64,000 nt of DNA from Candidatus Omnitrophota bacterium (GTDB lineage: Bacteria; Omnitrophota; Gorgyraeia; Zapsychrales; JANLHA01): NCBI GenBank assembly GCA_022711395.1, contig JAKLFA010000002.1, positions 259,864 through 323,863 of the forward strand. The letters are read 5' to 3'. Under the pieces are notes generated by a model. It was not told the DNA's origin and made no database searches. It worked only from the letters and a program-made list of their open reading frames with translations. Shown one piece after another: positions 9,306 to 17,361 of the stretch (positions are counted from its first letter, which is position 1; every line of letters starts with the position of its first letter). A program made the translations under genes and the position numbers.

Positions 9306-10181
9306 TCAGATCTTTTCGGCTATCCGGTTTTCAGAAAGATGAAAAAACCTCAACGTTTCAACAAACAGGACCAACGTCACTCCGATCGAGACGGCATACC
9401 CCAACCCGTTCGAGGTTCGCCCCGTGAGGATCAGCTCGCGCGGCAGTTCGATCAGATAATAAACAGGGTTGTAATGGCTGATTGCTGAAAGCCAGCCTCC
9501 CGTCGGTTTGACGTAAAGCACCGGGGTAAGGAACAGAAAAACGGTGATCAGAAAGCTCAAGCCCATCCCAATATCACGTATGATGCAGTTTAGAAGCGAC
9601 AAGACCAAGCCGATGGAGAGCGTTAAGAGACAGATCGGGATGATCATGAACGGAATTAATAGAATATATGGCGTCGGTGGGATCTTATAAAAAAGGAATA
9701 AGAGGACCAGGAGCGCAAACTGGATGCTGAATCCGATAGCGGCCTTTCCCAATGAGGCGATGACGACCGCCTTTCGTGAAATATTGATTTTCAGAACAAG
9801 TTCACGGGCGTTGATCAGGGATTCAGTGGCTGAGATGACCCCGGTCGAAAATAGTTGCCAGAACATAAGGCCTGTGACGGCAAAGAGCGCGTAAGGATGG
9901 CGAAGGTTTCCGATCAAAAACAGATTGGAGCTTTGCAGGCTGAGGATGAGGAAAATGCTCAAGAATGGAATGACGATCGTCCAATAGATCCCTAAAAGCG
10001 ATTGCCTGTAGGAGGACATATCCCGTTTAATGAGCTGATGAATGAGCCAGGCGTTTGATGCAAGTTCAATGAGGATATCCCGATAGGTTTTCCAGAAGCC
10101 CGTGTGGAGGGCGTTATCAGGTCGCAGGATTCTTTTGGTCGGTTGCCGGTCCATAAGACATTTCAGGCTTAGTAGAATCAC
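9306..10181 (-). CDS. wzm: ABC-2 type polysaccharide export permease
   Basis: Six predicted TM segments. Immediately upstream of, and co-directional with, the Wzt-like NBD gene. Confidence 0.8.
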   Translation of the reverse strand: MILLSLKCLMDRQPTKRILRPDNALHTGFWKTYRDILIELASNAWLIHQLIKRDMSSYRQSLLGIYWTIVIPFLSIFLILSLQSSNLFLIGNLRHPYALFAVTGLMFWQLFSTGVISATESLINARELVLKINISRKAVVIASLGKAAIGFSIQFALLVLLFLFYKIPPTPYILLIPFMIIPICLLTLSIGLVLSLLNCIIRDIGMGLSFLITVFLFLTPVLYVKPTGGWLSAISHYNPVYYLIELPRELILTGRTSNGLGYAVSIGVTLVLFVETLRFFHLSENRIAEKI

Positions 10182-10216
10182 CTTTCAGTAAAGTCACTGT
10201 TAGATAATGTGTTGCT

Positions 10217-10245
10217 AGTATATTACAACCCGCTGTGACATTCAA
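10217..10245 (-). promoter_or_regulatory. Candidate sigma70 promoter for the wzm-wzt-asnB-MT-GT operon
   Basis: On the minus strand: TTGAAT, a 17 nt spacer, then TATACT. It lies about 35-60 nt upstream of the wzm ATG at 10181. Confidence 0.3.
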
Positions 10246-10280
10246 GGAGGCCGAAAAAAAACTCTGCGGAGGCGTGATAA

Positions 10281-10320
10281 AAAAGGAGGCAGAACGGTTG
10301 CCTGCCTCCTTTTAGGGTTT
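10281..10320. terminator. Rho-independent terminator (perfect 8 bp GC-rich stem), terminating the minus-strand operon ending at 10366
   Basis: GGAGGCAG at 10285-10292 pairs with CTGCCTCC at 10302-10309. It is flanked by an A-run upstream and TTTTAGGGTTTTTT downstream, so there are U-tracts in both orientations. Confidence 0.6.
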
Positions 10321-10365
10321 TTTATGACCAATCCCGGGTTCGTGAAACCTCGCGCTGTGAAAAAA

Positions 10366-12129
10366 CTATTGAACGCGTTTGTTCAGAATTTCAAGAAGCG
10401 CTTTAGCCGCCTCTGAAGGTCCGGTGCGCTCATGGCCTGGAATTCCAAGGCGGGTCCGCATCTGCCCGACAAAGATCTTGGATTCGAAGAATTTTTTGAA
10501 ATATTTTTGAGCCAATTTTTCATGGAGGTCTTTATACTGAGGCGGCCCGAAGATGTTGGCAAAGTAGGAATGGACCAGACCCGTCGAAGTCGTGGTGCCT
10601 TTGCTCATGACGGTCCCTTCGCGGAATATGCGTAAGGCCAGTTCTCCGTCTTTCATCTGTTCGATCAAAGGGTGCTCCGTATCGATCTCTTCATAATTAT
10701 TCGCGTAGAGAATATAATCGATCTTGAACCCGGTGATGACGCGTTCAAATGTCGTGACCGGCAGGACAATGCGGGCATTGACCTTATTGGGGCTCATAAT
10801 GATCGCGCGGTCCATCTGCCCAAAGGCATAACCGGGCTGCAGGTCATCGAGGCGAAGGAACGCGCCGATCTCTGTTCCATAGCCGATCGCGTCCCCTTTT
10901 TTGTCGAATTGGATAGAGCCCATGTCATCAGCGATGATGATGATATCCTGAACATCGGCTTTCCCCAATTCCCGCAAGGCTTCCAGGGTCTCGGATTTTC
11001 CGGCCCCGGTGTCCCCGATCAGCAGGACCGTGGCCTTTTTGTTCTTCGGCAGCATGATCTGAACCAGCGCCCCGTGGAACGGAAGGATCCCGCGTTTCAT
11101 CATGATAATGTTATGCAGCGTGAGGACCATTTTTTTCAAATAACCGAAGTATCCGAATTCATCATCGTTCGGCGCGGCGGCGACCAGGAGATCCTCTTTC
11201 TTGTCCTCATAAAATATCGTGAGCGACTTTCCTAAGCCTTCAATACTGCTCCGCTTTACGCCAAAGAAATAGATCGCATCCGGTTTGCGCTTAAGGTCCT
11301 CATCTTGCGCCAGCTCGAACAGGTTACAAAGAGAAAATCCAAGTTCCGCGAATTTTTTGTGGAAATAAACAAAGATCAAAAGGTCTCCCACTTTGGCCGG
11401 GTAACAAAGCCAATCCTCCTTATCGATCTCGATGCTCTTGATCGGATTTTTTTCAACACGTTCAAAAGATCCGGTCCGCTTGTTCATCGGTGGGTTCAAG
11501 ATCAGCGGTGGATAAAGAAGCACCTGCTGGATGACGGGGATCGCGTTGATGTGCGCATAGTCTTTGGATGTGAACTGGATCTTGTTAGGAACCGCGATCG
11601 TTGAAATTTCTGCGCCCGCCCGCACCTGGCGGTAGATATTCGGATGGCTGCCCGTGATGTTTTCCTGGATATCCCGGTATGTCGCCCGGACGAGATGGGT
11701 CAAGTGTTCGACCGTATTATTAAAGATACGGTAAGGCCGTGTTTCAAAACCGAGCTCTTTGGAAGAACAGATGACAAAGCGGTCATAACTGCGCCAGTAG
11801 TTGTAGAGATAGTCGACGAATTCATTCAATAAGGCCTTATGCTTTAGAAATCCCGCGGCTTCAGGAACGACTTTCGGCACAAGATCAGAAGGCATTTTCG
11901 TCAAGAACAGAAAGGTCTTCAGTATCCCTCCCAGGTCGTCTGCCTGGATTTTGGGATTCGGAAAGATCTTCAATAAATAGGAATTATGCTCTTTGAGTTC
12001 CTGAACACAGATCTTGAGGATGTGCTTGAACAGCGAGCTGGTCAGCAGTTCTTCCCCCGTTTCGCAGAGGCGGTCTTTAATACGGATAATGACCTTACGG
12101 TCAAGGATTTCGAATTCTTCTCTTTTCAT
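10366..12129 (-). CDS. Large protein (587-609 aa) with a C-terminal HPr kinase C-domain-like P-loop domain; the N-terminal ~400 aa are unassigned
   Basis: The C-terminal segment ...HGALVQIMLPKNKKATVLLIGDTGAGKSETLEALRELGKADVQDIIIIADDMG... matches the HprK signature (HG-x-Lv...G-x-SG-x-GKSE-x-AL-x-L...ADD). The track ORF begins with TTG at 12195. The ATG at codon 23 (MKREEFEI) has a GAGGA Shine-Dalgarno 7 nt upstream. Confidence 0.6.
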   Translation of the reverse strand: MKREEFEILDRKVIIRIKDRLCETGEELLTSSLFKHILKICVQELKEHNSYLLKIFPNPKIQADDLGGILKTFLFLTKMPSDLVPKVVPEAAGFLKHKALLNEFVDYLYNYWRSYDRFVICSSKELGFETRPYRIFNNTVEHLTHLVRATYRDIQENITGSHPNIYRQVRAGAEISTIAVPNKIQFTSKDYAHINAIPVIQQVLLYPPLILNPPMNKRTGSFERVEKNPIKSIEIDKEDWLCYPAKVGDLLIFVYFHKKFAELGFSLCNLFELAQDEDLKRKPDAIYFFGVKRSSIEGLGKSLTIFYEDKKEDLLVAAAPNDDEFGYFGYLKKMVLTLHNIIMMKRGILPFHGALVQIMLPKNKKATVLLIGDTGAGKSETLEALRELGKADVQDIIIIADDMGSIQFDKKGDAIGYGTEIGAFLRLDDLQPGYAFGQMDRAIIMSPNKVNARIVLPVTTFERVITGFKIDYILYANNYEEIDTEHPLIEQMKDGELALRIFREGTVMSKGTTTSTGLVHSYFANIFGPPQYKDLHEKLAQKYFKKFFESKIFVGQMRTRLGIPGHERTGPSEAAKALLEILNKRVQ

Positions 12130-12208
12130 TGCGGTCCTCATTTTTAGCGGTTCAAAAGCGCACTGCATTTTAGGATGGAATCGGGGAATTTTCAAGAAAA
12201 AAGAGATG

Positions 12209-12613
12209 TTACATTTCCGTGATCAGGGCCCCTGTTGTCAGCACATAAGTATGGCTTCCTGTTGAGGCGGATAGTGGGGCGGCGGTGACGGAATAATCAT
12301 AATCAGAGAGGCTGTCAACGGAAAAAGTGTAGCCGGAATGTTCGCCGACAAAAAAGTCCTTGCTGATATACGGGGGAGCATCACCTACCAGGACATCCGT
12401 ATCAGCCGGGTAAACTGCGTGGATCACGGCATAATTTTCTAATGCGCTGCCGATAGCCTTAAGGCTGGCCTTGGCCATGGTTTCATTGGCCGTGAGCTTT
12501 GCGCGCAGAAGGTTGGGGATCGCGATGATAGCGAGCAACGCGATGATCGTCACAACGATCATGATTTCAACAAGCGTAAAACCAGGTTTTTTGTTTGGGA
12601 ATAAAGCCGGCAT
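12209..12613 (-). CDS. Prepilin-type N-terminal cleavage/methylation domain protein (pseudopilin/pilin-like)
   Basis: MPALFPNKKPG|FTLVEIMIVVTIIALLAIIAIPN is a class III signal peptide: G-FTLxE followed by a hydrophobic helix. Confidence 0.8.
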   Translation of the reverse strand: MPALFPNKKPGFTLVEIMIVVTIIALLAIIAIPNLLRAKLTANETMAKASLKAIGSALENYAVIHAVYPADTDVLVGDAPPYISKDFFVGEHSGYTFSVDSLSDYDYSVTAAPLSASTGSHTYVLTTGALITEM

Positions 12614-12633
12614 AGTTATTAATATATATCAGG

Positions 12634-13254
12634 TTATGGGGAGGTGTCCAGCAATCCTCGCTCTTTTAAGCGGTTCTCAAAAATTTGTGTCCAGAAGCCG
12701 TTCTTTTCATAAGCGACAAAATTCAGGTTTTGGGCTCCGGTCGGGAAAACGAAACTTTTTTGAGGCCTGTAGACGGTAAAAACATTTTGAATGCCGAATT
12801 TTCCGAGCAGATACCCCAAAAGAAAAACAACTTCCTGGGAAGCTTTGAGCTTTGCGGTCGCGGGCTTCCCTCCCTCCCGGGGATAGACAAAGTCATCCCC
12901 CGTCATGACCACGAAGGCGAAATCTGTCTTGGGGTGCTGCGCGATCAGCTCTCGTATCGATCGTGTGTCCAGCAAGGACGTCATCGGATAGATCACAAAG
13001 GGTTCGATCCCGTATTTTCGGATCGTGGAAAGGCAATCTTGATTGATCTCATCACGGTCGCCAAGGACCACAAAGATCCCGCGCTTGTTATCGGCGTGAA
13101 ATTTGTTAAAGGTGAAGTCGTCCTTGAAAGCGGATGGGCCATCCGCTCCGGGGACAGGATTTGAGGGCGCTTCCGGTTCGGGTTCCTGGGGCGGTTCCGG
13201 ACGTGGTTGCGGGGCCGGTTGTTGCTCTTCTAAAGGTTTTTGTTCATCGCTCAT
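12634..13254 (-). CDS. TIR-like domain protein (PF10137-like 'predicted nucleotide-binding protein containing TIR-like domain') with a Pro/Glu-rich N-terminal tail
   Basis: GIFVVLGDRDE...FAFVVMTGDDFVY...KASQEVVFLLGYLLGKFGIQNVFTVY parallels the PF10137 blocks fIVHGhde / fAvvLlTpDD / RaRQNVvfElGyf-gkLGr-rV. The N-terminus is PAPQPRPEPPQEPEPEAP low complexity. Start placed at the ATG at 13254 (AAGGAAAG Shine-Dalgarno). The track ORF begins with GTG at 13287. Confidence 0.6.
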   Translation of the reverse strand: MSDEQKPLEEQQPAPQPRPEPPQEPEPEAPSNPVPGADGPSAFKDDFTFNKFHADNKRGIFVVLGDRDEINQDCLSTIRKYGIEPFVIYPMTSLLDTRSIRELIAQHPKTDFAFVVMTGDDFVYPREGGKPATAKLKASQEVVFLLGYLLGKFGIQNVFTVYRPQKSFVFPTGAQNLNFVAYEKNGFWTQIFENRLKERGLLDTSP

Positions 13255-14539
13255 TGAGCTTTCCTTGGATTCCGCTGTAATCAGCACTTTGTAATGTAAC
13301 TGGTTTTATCATATTCTTCAATGATTTTTCTGACTGAGTTGCAACGGGGATAAAGTTATCGGTCAGCCCCTGCCATAGGCCGTCTTTTGTTTGTTCAAAG
13401 AGGACCGGCATGATTGTCCCGACGGCGGATCGGTAAAACTGTAAACGTTTCCGCCGGCTGAGATCACGGAGCTTCTGGCTGCGTTTTTTGATTTCCGGAA
13501 CATCAACCTTGCCCTCCAATGTCCGGCTTTTTGCGTGGGGACGGTCCGAATAACTGAAGACGTGGATATAGTGAAAAGGCAATTCTTTGAGTTGATGATA
13601 GGTTTCATCAAAATGGTCTTGCGTTTCACCTGGAAAGCCCACGATCACATCGGTTCCCAGGCAGACGGATGGGACTGCTTGGATAAGCTCCCGGAGAAAG
13701 GTTTGGACCTGAAGGACGGAGTATCGGCGTTTCATGGCCTTAAGTGTTCCATCATGAAGGGATTGAACCGGCAGGTGAAGATAACGGCAAAGTTTGGTCT
13801 TCGAGGCCATTAAGCCGATCAATCCGTTGGGGATCGCGAGGGGCTCGATCGAGGAGATCCTGATGCGTTTGATCTTCGGGATATCATCCAGGGCCTTGAT
13901 GAGATCCGGCAGGGACTTGGATCCGCGCTGATACGTTCCCAGGTTAATGCCGGTCAGGATGATCTCCTGGTGTCCTGCGCCGGCCAAGGCCTTTGCCTCT
14001 TGAATGATATCCGAAAATTCCCGGCTGCGGGCCCTTCCGCGTGCGAACGGGATTTCACAAAAGGCGCAGAAAAAATCACATCCATCCTGGATCTTTAGAT
14101 TGGCCCGTGTATGTTCCGGATCGATCCCAAAAATGTTTGAGGGGTTCGAAACAACCGCATCCCTTCCGATAGCGGGAGTTTCGATGTAGACGGATGACGA
14201 GGCCTTAAATTCTTTCAATATTCTGGCAAGGTCGAACTTGCGGGCGTTTCCGATGACCCAGCGGACGTTCGGCCATTGGGCCATGCTCGCCGCCTGGAGC
14301 TGGGCCTGACAGCCGATCAGCGCCACGTTGACATCGGGGTTCAGCTTTCGCAGCCGGGTAATGAAACGCCGCGTATCCGTGTCACTTTTATGAGTGACCG
14401 TACAGGTGTTGATGACCACGATATCAGCGGGTTCATCCACCGCGACGATCGTGTATTCGTCGGAATTGAACGTGTTGCGAATAACGGCGGTTTCGTATTG
14501 GTTCAGCCGGCAACCGATCGTGTGGAACGCGATCCTCAT
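13244..14539 (-). CDS. mtaB: MiaB-like threonylcarbamoyladenosine tRNA methylthiotransferase
   Basis: MRIAFHTIGCRLNQYETAVI... N-terminal MTTase domain, a central radical SAM core and a C-terminal TRAM-like region, 431 aa. It lacks the MiaB-specific extended N-terminus, hence MtaB-like. Confidence 0.8.
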   Translation of the reverse strand: MRIAFHTIGCRLNQYETAVIRNTFNSDEYTIVAVDEPADIVVINTCTVTHKSDTDTRRFITRLRKLNPDVNVALIGCQAQLQAASMAQWPNVRWVIGNARKFDLARILKEFKASSSVYIETPAIGRDAVVSNPSNIFGIDPEHTRANLKIQDGCDFFCAFCEIPFARGRARSREFSDIIQEAKALAGAGHQEIILTGINLGTYQRGSKSLPDLIKALDDIPKIKRIRISSIEPLAIPNGLIGLMASKTKLCRYLHLPVQSLHDGTLKAMKRRYSVLQVQTFLRELIQAVPSVCLGTDVIVGFPGETQDHFDETYHQLKELPFHYIHVFSYSDRPHAKSRTLEGKVDVPEIKKRSQKLRDLSRRKRLQFYRSAVGTIMPVLFEQTKDGLWQGLTDNFIPVATQSEKSLKNMIKPVTLQSADYSGIQGKLNER

Positions 14540-14655
14540 GAACTCTTCCCTTTTCTTCTTGACTAATCCAAAGTAAGATATTATATCTGTTTGTCGAATA
14601 TTTGCAAAAATTCAATGTTTTGCTAACAGGATCACTAAGCTAAAAAGGATCGCCA

Positions 14656-15633
14656 TTGCTAATCGGACATATGGAATTGGGAGATCATCCGCTGTTCTTG
14701 GCCCCGATGGAAGATGTGACGGATCAGCCATTTCGGGTGATCTGTAAGGAACTTGGCGCGGATGTTCTGGTCACGGAATTCACCAGTGTGGAAGCCTTGA
14801 TCCGCAATGTGAAAAAGGCCGCACACCGGATACGGGTTTTAGAAGAGGAACGCCCCGTTGGAGTGCAGATCTTTGGGTTTAATGAAGATTCGTTTTCTAA
14901 AGCGGTCGAGATTGTTGTTCAGCAAAAACCGGATTTTATTGATATTAATGCCGGCTGCTGCGCGCGAAAGCACGCGGCCCGGGGCGAAGGCGCCGGTTTG
15001 TTGCGGGACCTTCAAAATTTTGAAAGGATCGTAAAGCGGGTTGTTGCCTCCTCCCCTTTGCCCGTGACGGTCAAGACCCGCCTTGGCTGGGACCATGACT
15101 CGATCGTGATTTTAGAAGTCGCCAGGATGGTCGAGGCTGCTGGCGCGTCCGCCTTGACCGTTCATTGCCGGACCAAACAACAAATGTATAAGGGTGAGGC
15201 GGATTGGAGCTGGCTTGAGAAGATCAGAAAAACGATCTCGATCCCGTTGATCGGCAACGGCGATGTGATCGAGCCGGAACACGCTAAGATCCTGTTGGAT
15301 TGCGGCTGTGATGGGGTCATGATCGGCCGGGCCGCTTTGCGCAATCCCTGGGTCTTCAAGCAGGTCCGGTATTTTTTGAAGACCGGGCTAAAACTTTCTG
15401 CCATCTCGTTACAAGAGCGGGTCGCGATATGCAAAAAACACCTCCACTTTTATTCCCGCCATCAAGGGACCCGGGATCGGTTGTATGCCTTTCGAAAATT
15501 TTACACGGGGTATTTCAACGGCATTGCCGGTTGCGCGAAATTACGGGCCGCTTTGATGACGGCGGTCACGGCGACGGAGATCGAAAACGTTCTTGATGAT
15601 TTCTTGCGCCATTCCTCGGCGGATACAAATTAA
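14656..15633 (+). CDS. dusB: tRNA-dihydrouridine synthase
   Basis: LFLAPMEDVTDQPFRVICKELGADVLVTEF is the Dus FMN TIM-barrel start. The catalytic Cys region GAGLLRDL is present. Confidence 0.9.
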   Translation: MLIGHMELGDHPLFLAPMEDVTDQPFRVICKELGADVLVTEFTSVEALIRNVKKAAHRIRVLEEERPVGVQIFGFNEDSFSKAVEIVVQQKPDFIDINAGCCARKHAARGEGAGLLRDLQNFERIVKRVVASSPLPVTVKTRLGWDHDSIVILEVARMVEAAGASALTVHCRTKQQMYKGEADWSWLEKIRKTISIPLIGNGDVIEPEHAKILLDCGCDGVMIGRAALRNPWVFKQVRYFLKTGLKLSAISLQERVAICKKHLHFYSRHQGTRDRLYAFRKFYTGYFNGIAGCAKLRAALMTAVTATEIENVLDDFLRHSSADTN

Positions 15634-15650
15634 AAATCTGAGCGACGCGA

Positions 15651-17216
15651 CTACGGAGTATTTGTTCGTTTAAAAAGCAAGAGGAACGTGTTTTCTTTTT
15701 GAATGGTTTCTTCGAGGGTGTAATCGGAGCCTGTCAGAAAAGCGATCAAGAAGTCCTTGACCTCTTGTTGATAGTGAGATAACAGCAGCCACAACCGTCT
15801 TGGGCGGTGGGCGTAATCATCAGGAGCCTTACCCTCCCTTTGTTCGAGAGAAGGATCGCACATGGCATAAAACCGCTCGCTCGGTGTCTCAAGTAAGGCC
15901 AGGCACCGGCTTTTGTCAACGGTCTCCAGCCGATCATATGTCAGATAGATCCCTGCAATGGGGAGCGTGTCGTTTCTAAAGCGGGAATAATAGTTGAAAC
16001 CGTGCTTCGCGCTGTCATTCATCATTAAGCCGTCGCCAGCTTCGAAATGCCTGTATAAATACGGGATCATTTCACGGATATTCTGTGAGTTCGATCCGAT
16101 GGAACGATAGTTTTTTAAAGGAATGACAGAAGACGCGATCACAACTGCAAGCAGAATGAAGCCGGTGTTTTTTTTGATTCTGTTGCCGGGGTTTTTAAAT
16201 AACGAGACAAAACCATATGTCATAAGGATGATCAGGTATGGAGCTAGAAATGTCGTTGTTCGGTCGTGGATCGGGTAGAGATGGAGAATGGACAGAATGA
16301 AGACGCTTAAAAACGGAGCGGTGAAAATGAGCAGGGCATTGAGGTCTTTTCGGAAAAGCAGCCAGCTTCCCATGACGGCGAGGATGGCGGATGCCAGTGG
16401 GTTACTTCCAGAATGTGTTAAGATCGTTTTCCAGCAAAGAAAAGTCCATTCCAATATTCTATTGATATTGGCTGGCCATGGGAAGAAGCTGTTCGCCCAG
16501 CTTTCGAAAAGGCGCTGATCTCCCAGAAAAAATCTTAGTGATAAAAGAAAATAGCAGATAAAGCCAATGCCCCAGACAATCAACAAGCCTCCCCAGATTT
16601 TGGCGTCCTTCCATTTTTTTTGAAAGATGCCCTTGAGAAAAAGCAAGCCGGCCGACATAAACAGAACAAAGATCCCCGGAAATGAAAGAAGAATAACCAT
16701 AACGCCGATCAGCCCGAATAAGATGATCTCACGGAGAGGCCGTGCGCTCTGCGCGTGCTTAAAGAAAAGGAACGAAACAAGGATAACGGAAAACATATCA
16801 GAAGCATATGGTTTTAATTCCGATGAATGGGCCAGGATCGAAGTGCTTAAACTAAAAAGAAGCACGGCTGGAAAACGGTAAGCTGTTGGAAAAAGCTGCC
16901 GACTCCAGTGCCAAAAAAACAACAGGGCGGTAAGGCTGCACAGGAAAGGGAACAGTCTTAGCACATTTTCAAATGGTCCCTTTTGCTTCACGAACATCTT
17001 GATCGTTGCCATAAAACCGATCGGGTAGGCATGCATTTGATCATAAGTTGAGCTGTCTAAACGGGAAATTTTTCCCAAATCATAAGCGCAGATCTTGTGC
17101 GCGGTATTCGCTTCGTCTAACCAAAGTTCATGACCGGCCTGATAGATGGAGAATCGTAGAAAAAGACCAAGAGACAAGAGCAATGGAATGGAGATATTGT
17201 AGAATATGGATTTCAT
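15651..17216 (-). CDS. Integral membrane glycosyltransferase of the PMT/ArnT (GT39/GT83-like) family
   Basis: About 12 TM helices. ELWLDEANTAH lies in the first periplasmic loop, where PMT/ArnT enzymes carry the DE motif. There is a large C-terminal soluble domain. Confidence 0.55.
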   Translation of the reverse strand: MKSIFYNISIPLLLSLGLFLRFSIYQAGHELWLDEANTAHKICAYDLGKISRLDSSTYDQMHAYPIGFMATIKMFVKQKGPFENVLRLFPFLCSLTALLFFWHWSRQLFPTAYRFPAVLLFSLSTSILAHSSELKPYASDMFSVILVSFLFFKHAQSARPLREIILFGLIGVMVILLSFPGIFVLFMSAGLLFLKGIFQKKWKDAKIWGGLLIVWGIGFICYFLLSLRFFLGDQRLFESWANSFFPWPANINRILEWTFLCWKTILTHSGSNPLASAILAVMGSWLLFRKDLNALLIFTAPFLSVFILSILHLYPIHDRTTTFLAPYLIILMTYGFVSLFKNPGNRIKKNTGFILLAVVIASSVIPLKNYRSIGSNSQNIREMIPYLYRHFEAGDGLMMNDSAKHGFNYYSRFRNDTLPIAGIYLTYDRLETVDKSRCLALLETPSERFYAMCDPSLEQREGKAPDDYAHRPRRLWLLLSHYQQEVKDFLIAFLTGSDYTLEETIQKENTFLLLFKRTNTP

Positions 17217-17361
17217 AAAACATGTCCTAGTAACAAAATACTATACTAAAAATAAATCTATATTCCAGAATTATTCAAAAATAATAAGTGCTTGCATTTT
17301 TGAAATAACTTGTGATAAAATTACCAATCCTTTTACGAATTAAGCACTTAGTGAGGAACAT

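Noticed and set aside
12129-12195. Upstream TTG start (track coordinate 12195) for the HprK-like protein, and similar TTG or GTG track starts at 45288 and 13287
   Set aside because: Each has a downstream ATG with a better-placed Shine-Dalgarno (GAGGA, AAGGGA, AAGGAAAG). For the pilin the ATG gives a sensible prepilin leader. The longer forms remain possible.
17217-17361. Possible leader peptide, attenuator or T-box upstream of ilvB
   Set aside because: No Ile/Val/Leu-rich mini-ORF, no T-box specifier or antiterminator, and no terminator hairpin could be discerned by eye. Only an AT-rich promoter-like region (TTGCAT...ATAAAAT) is present.
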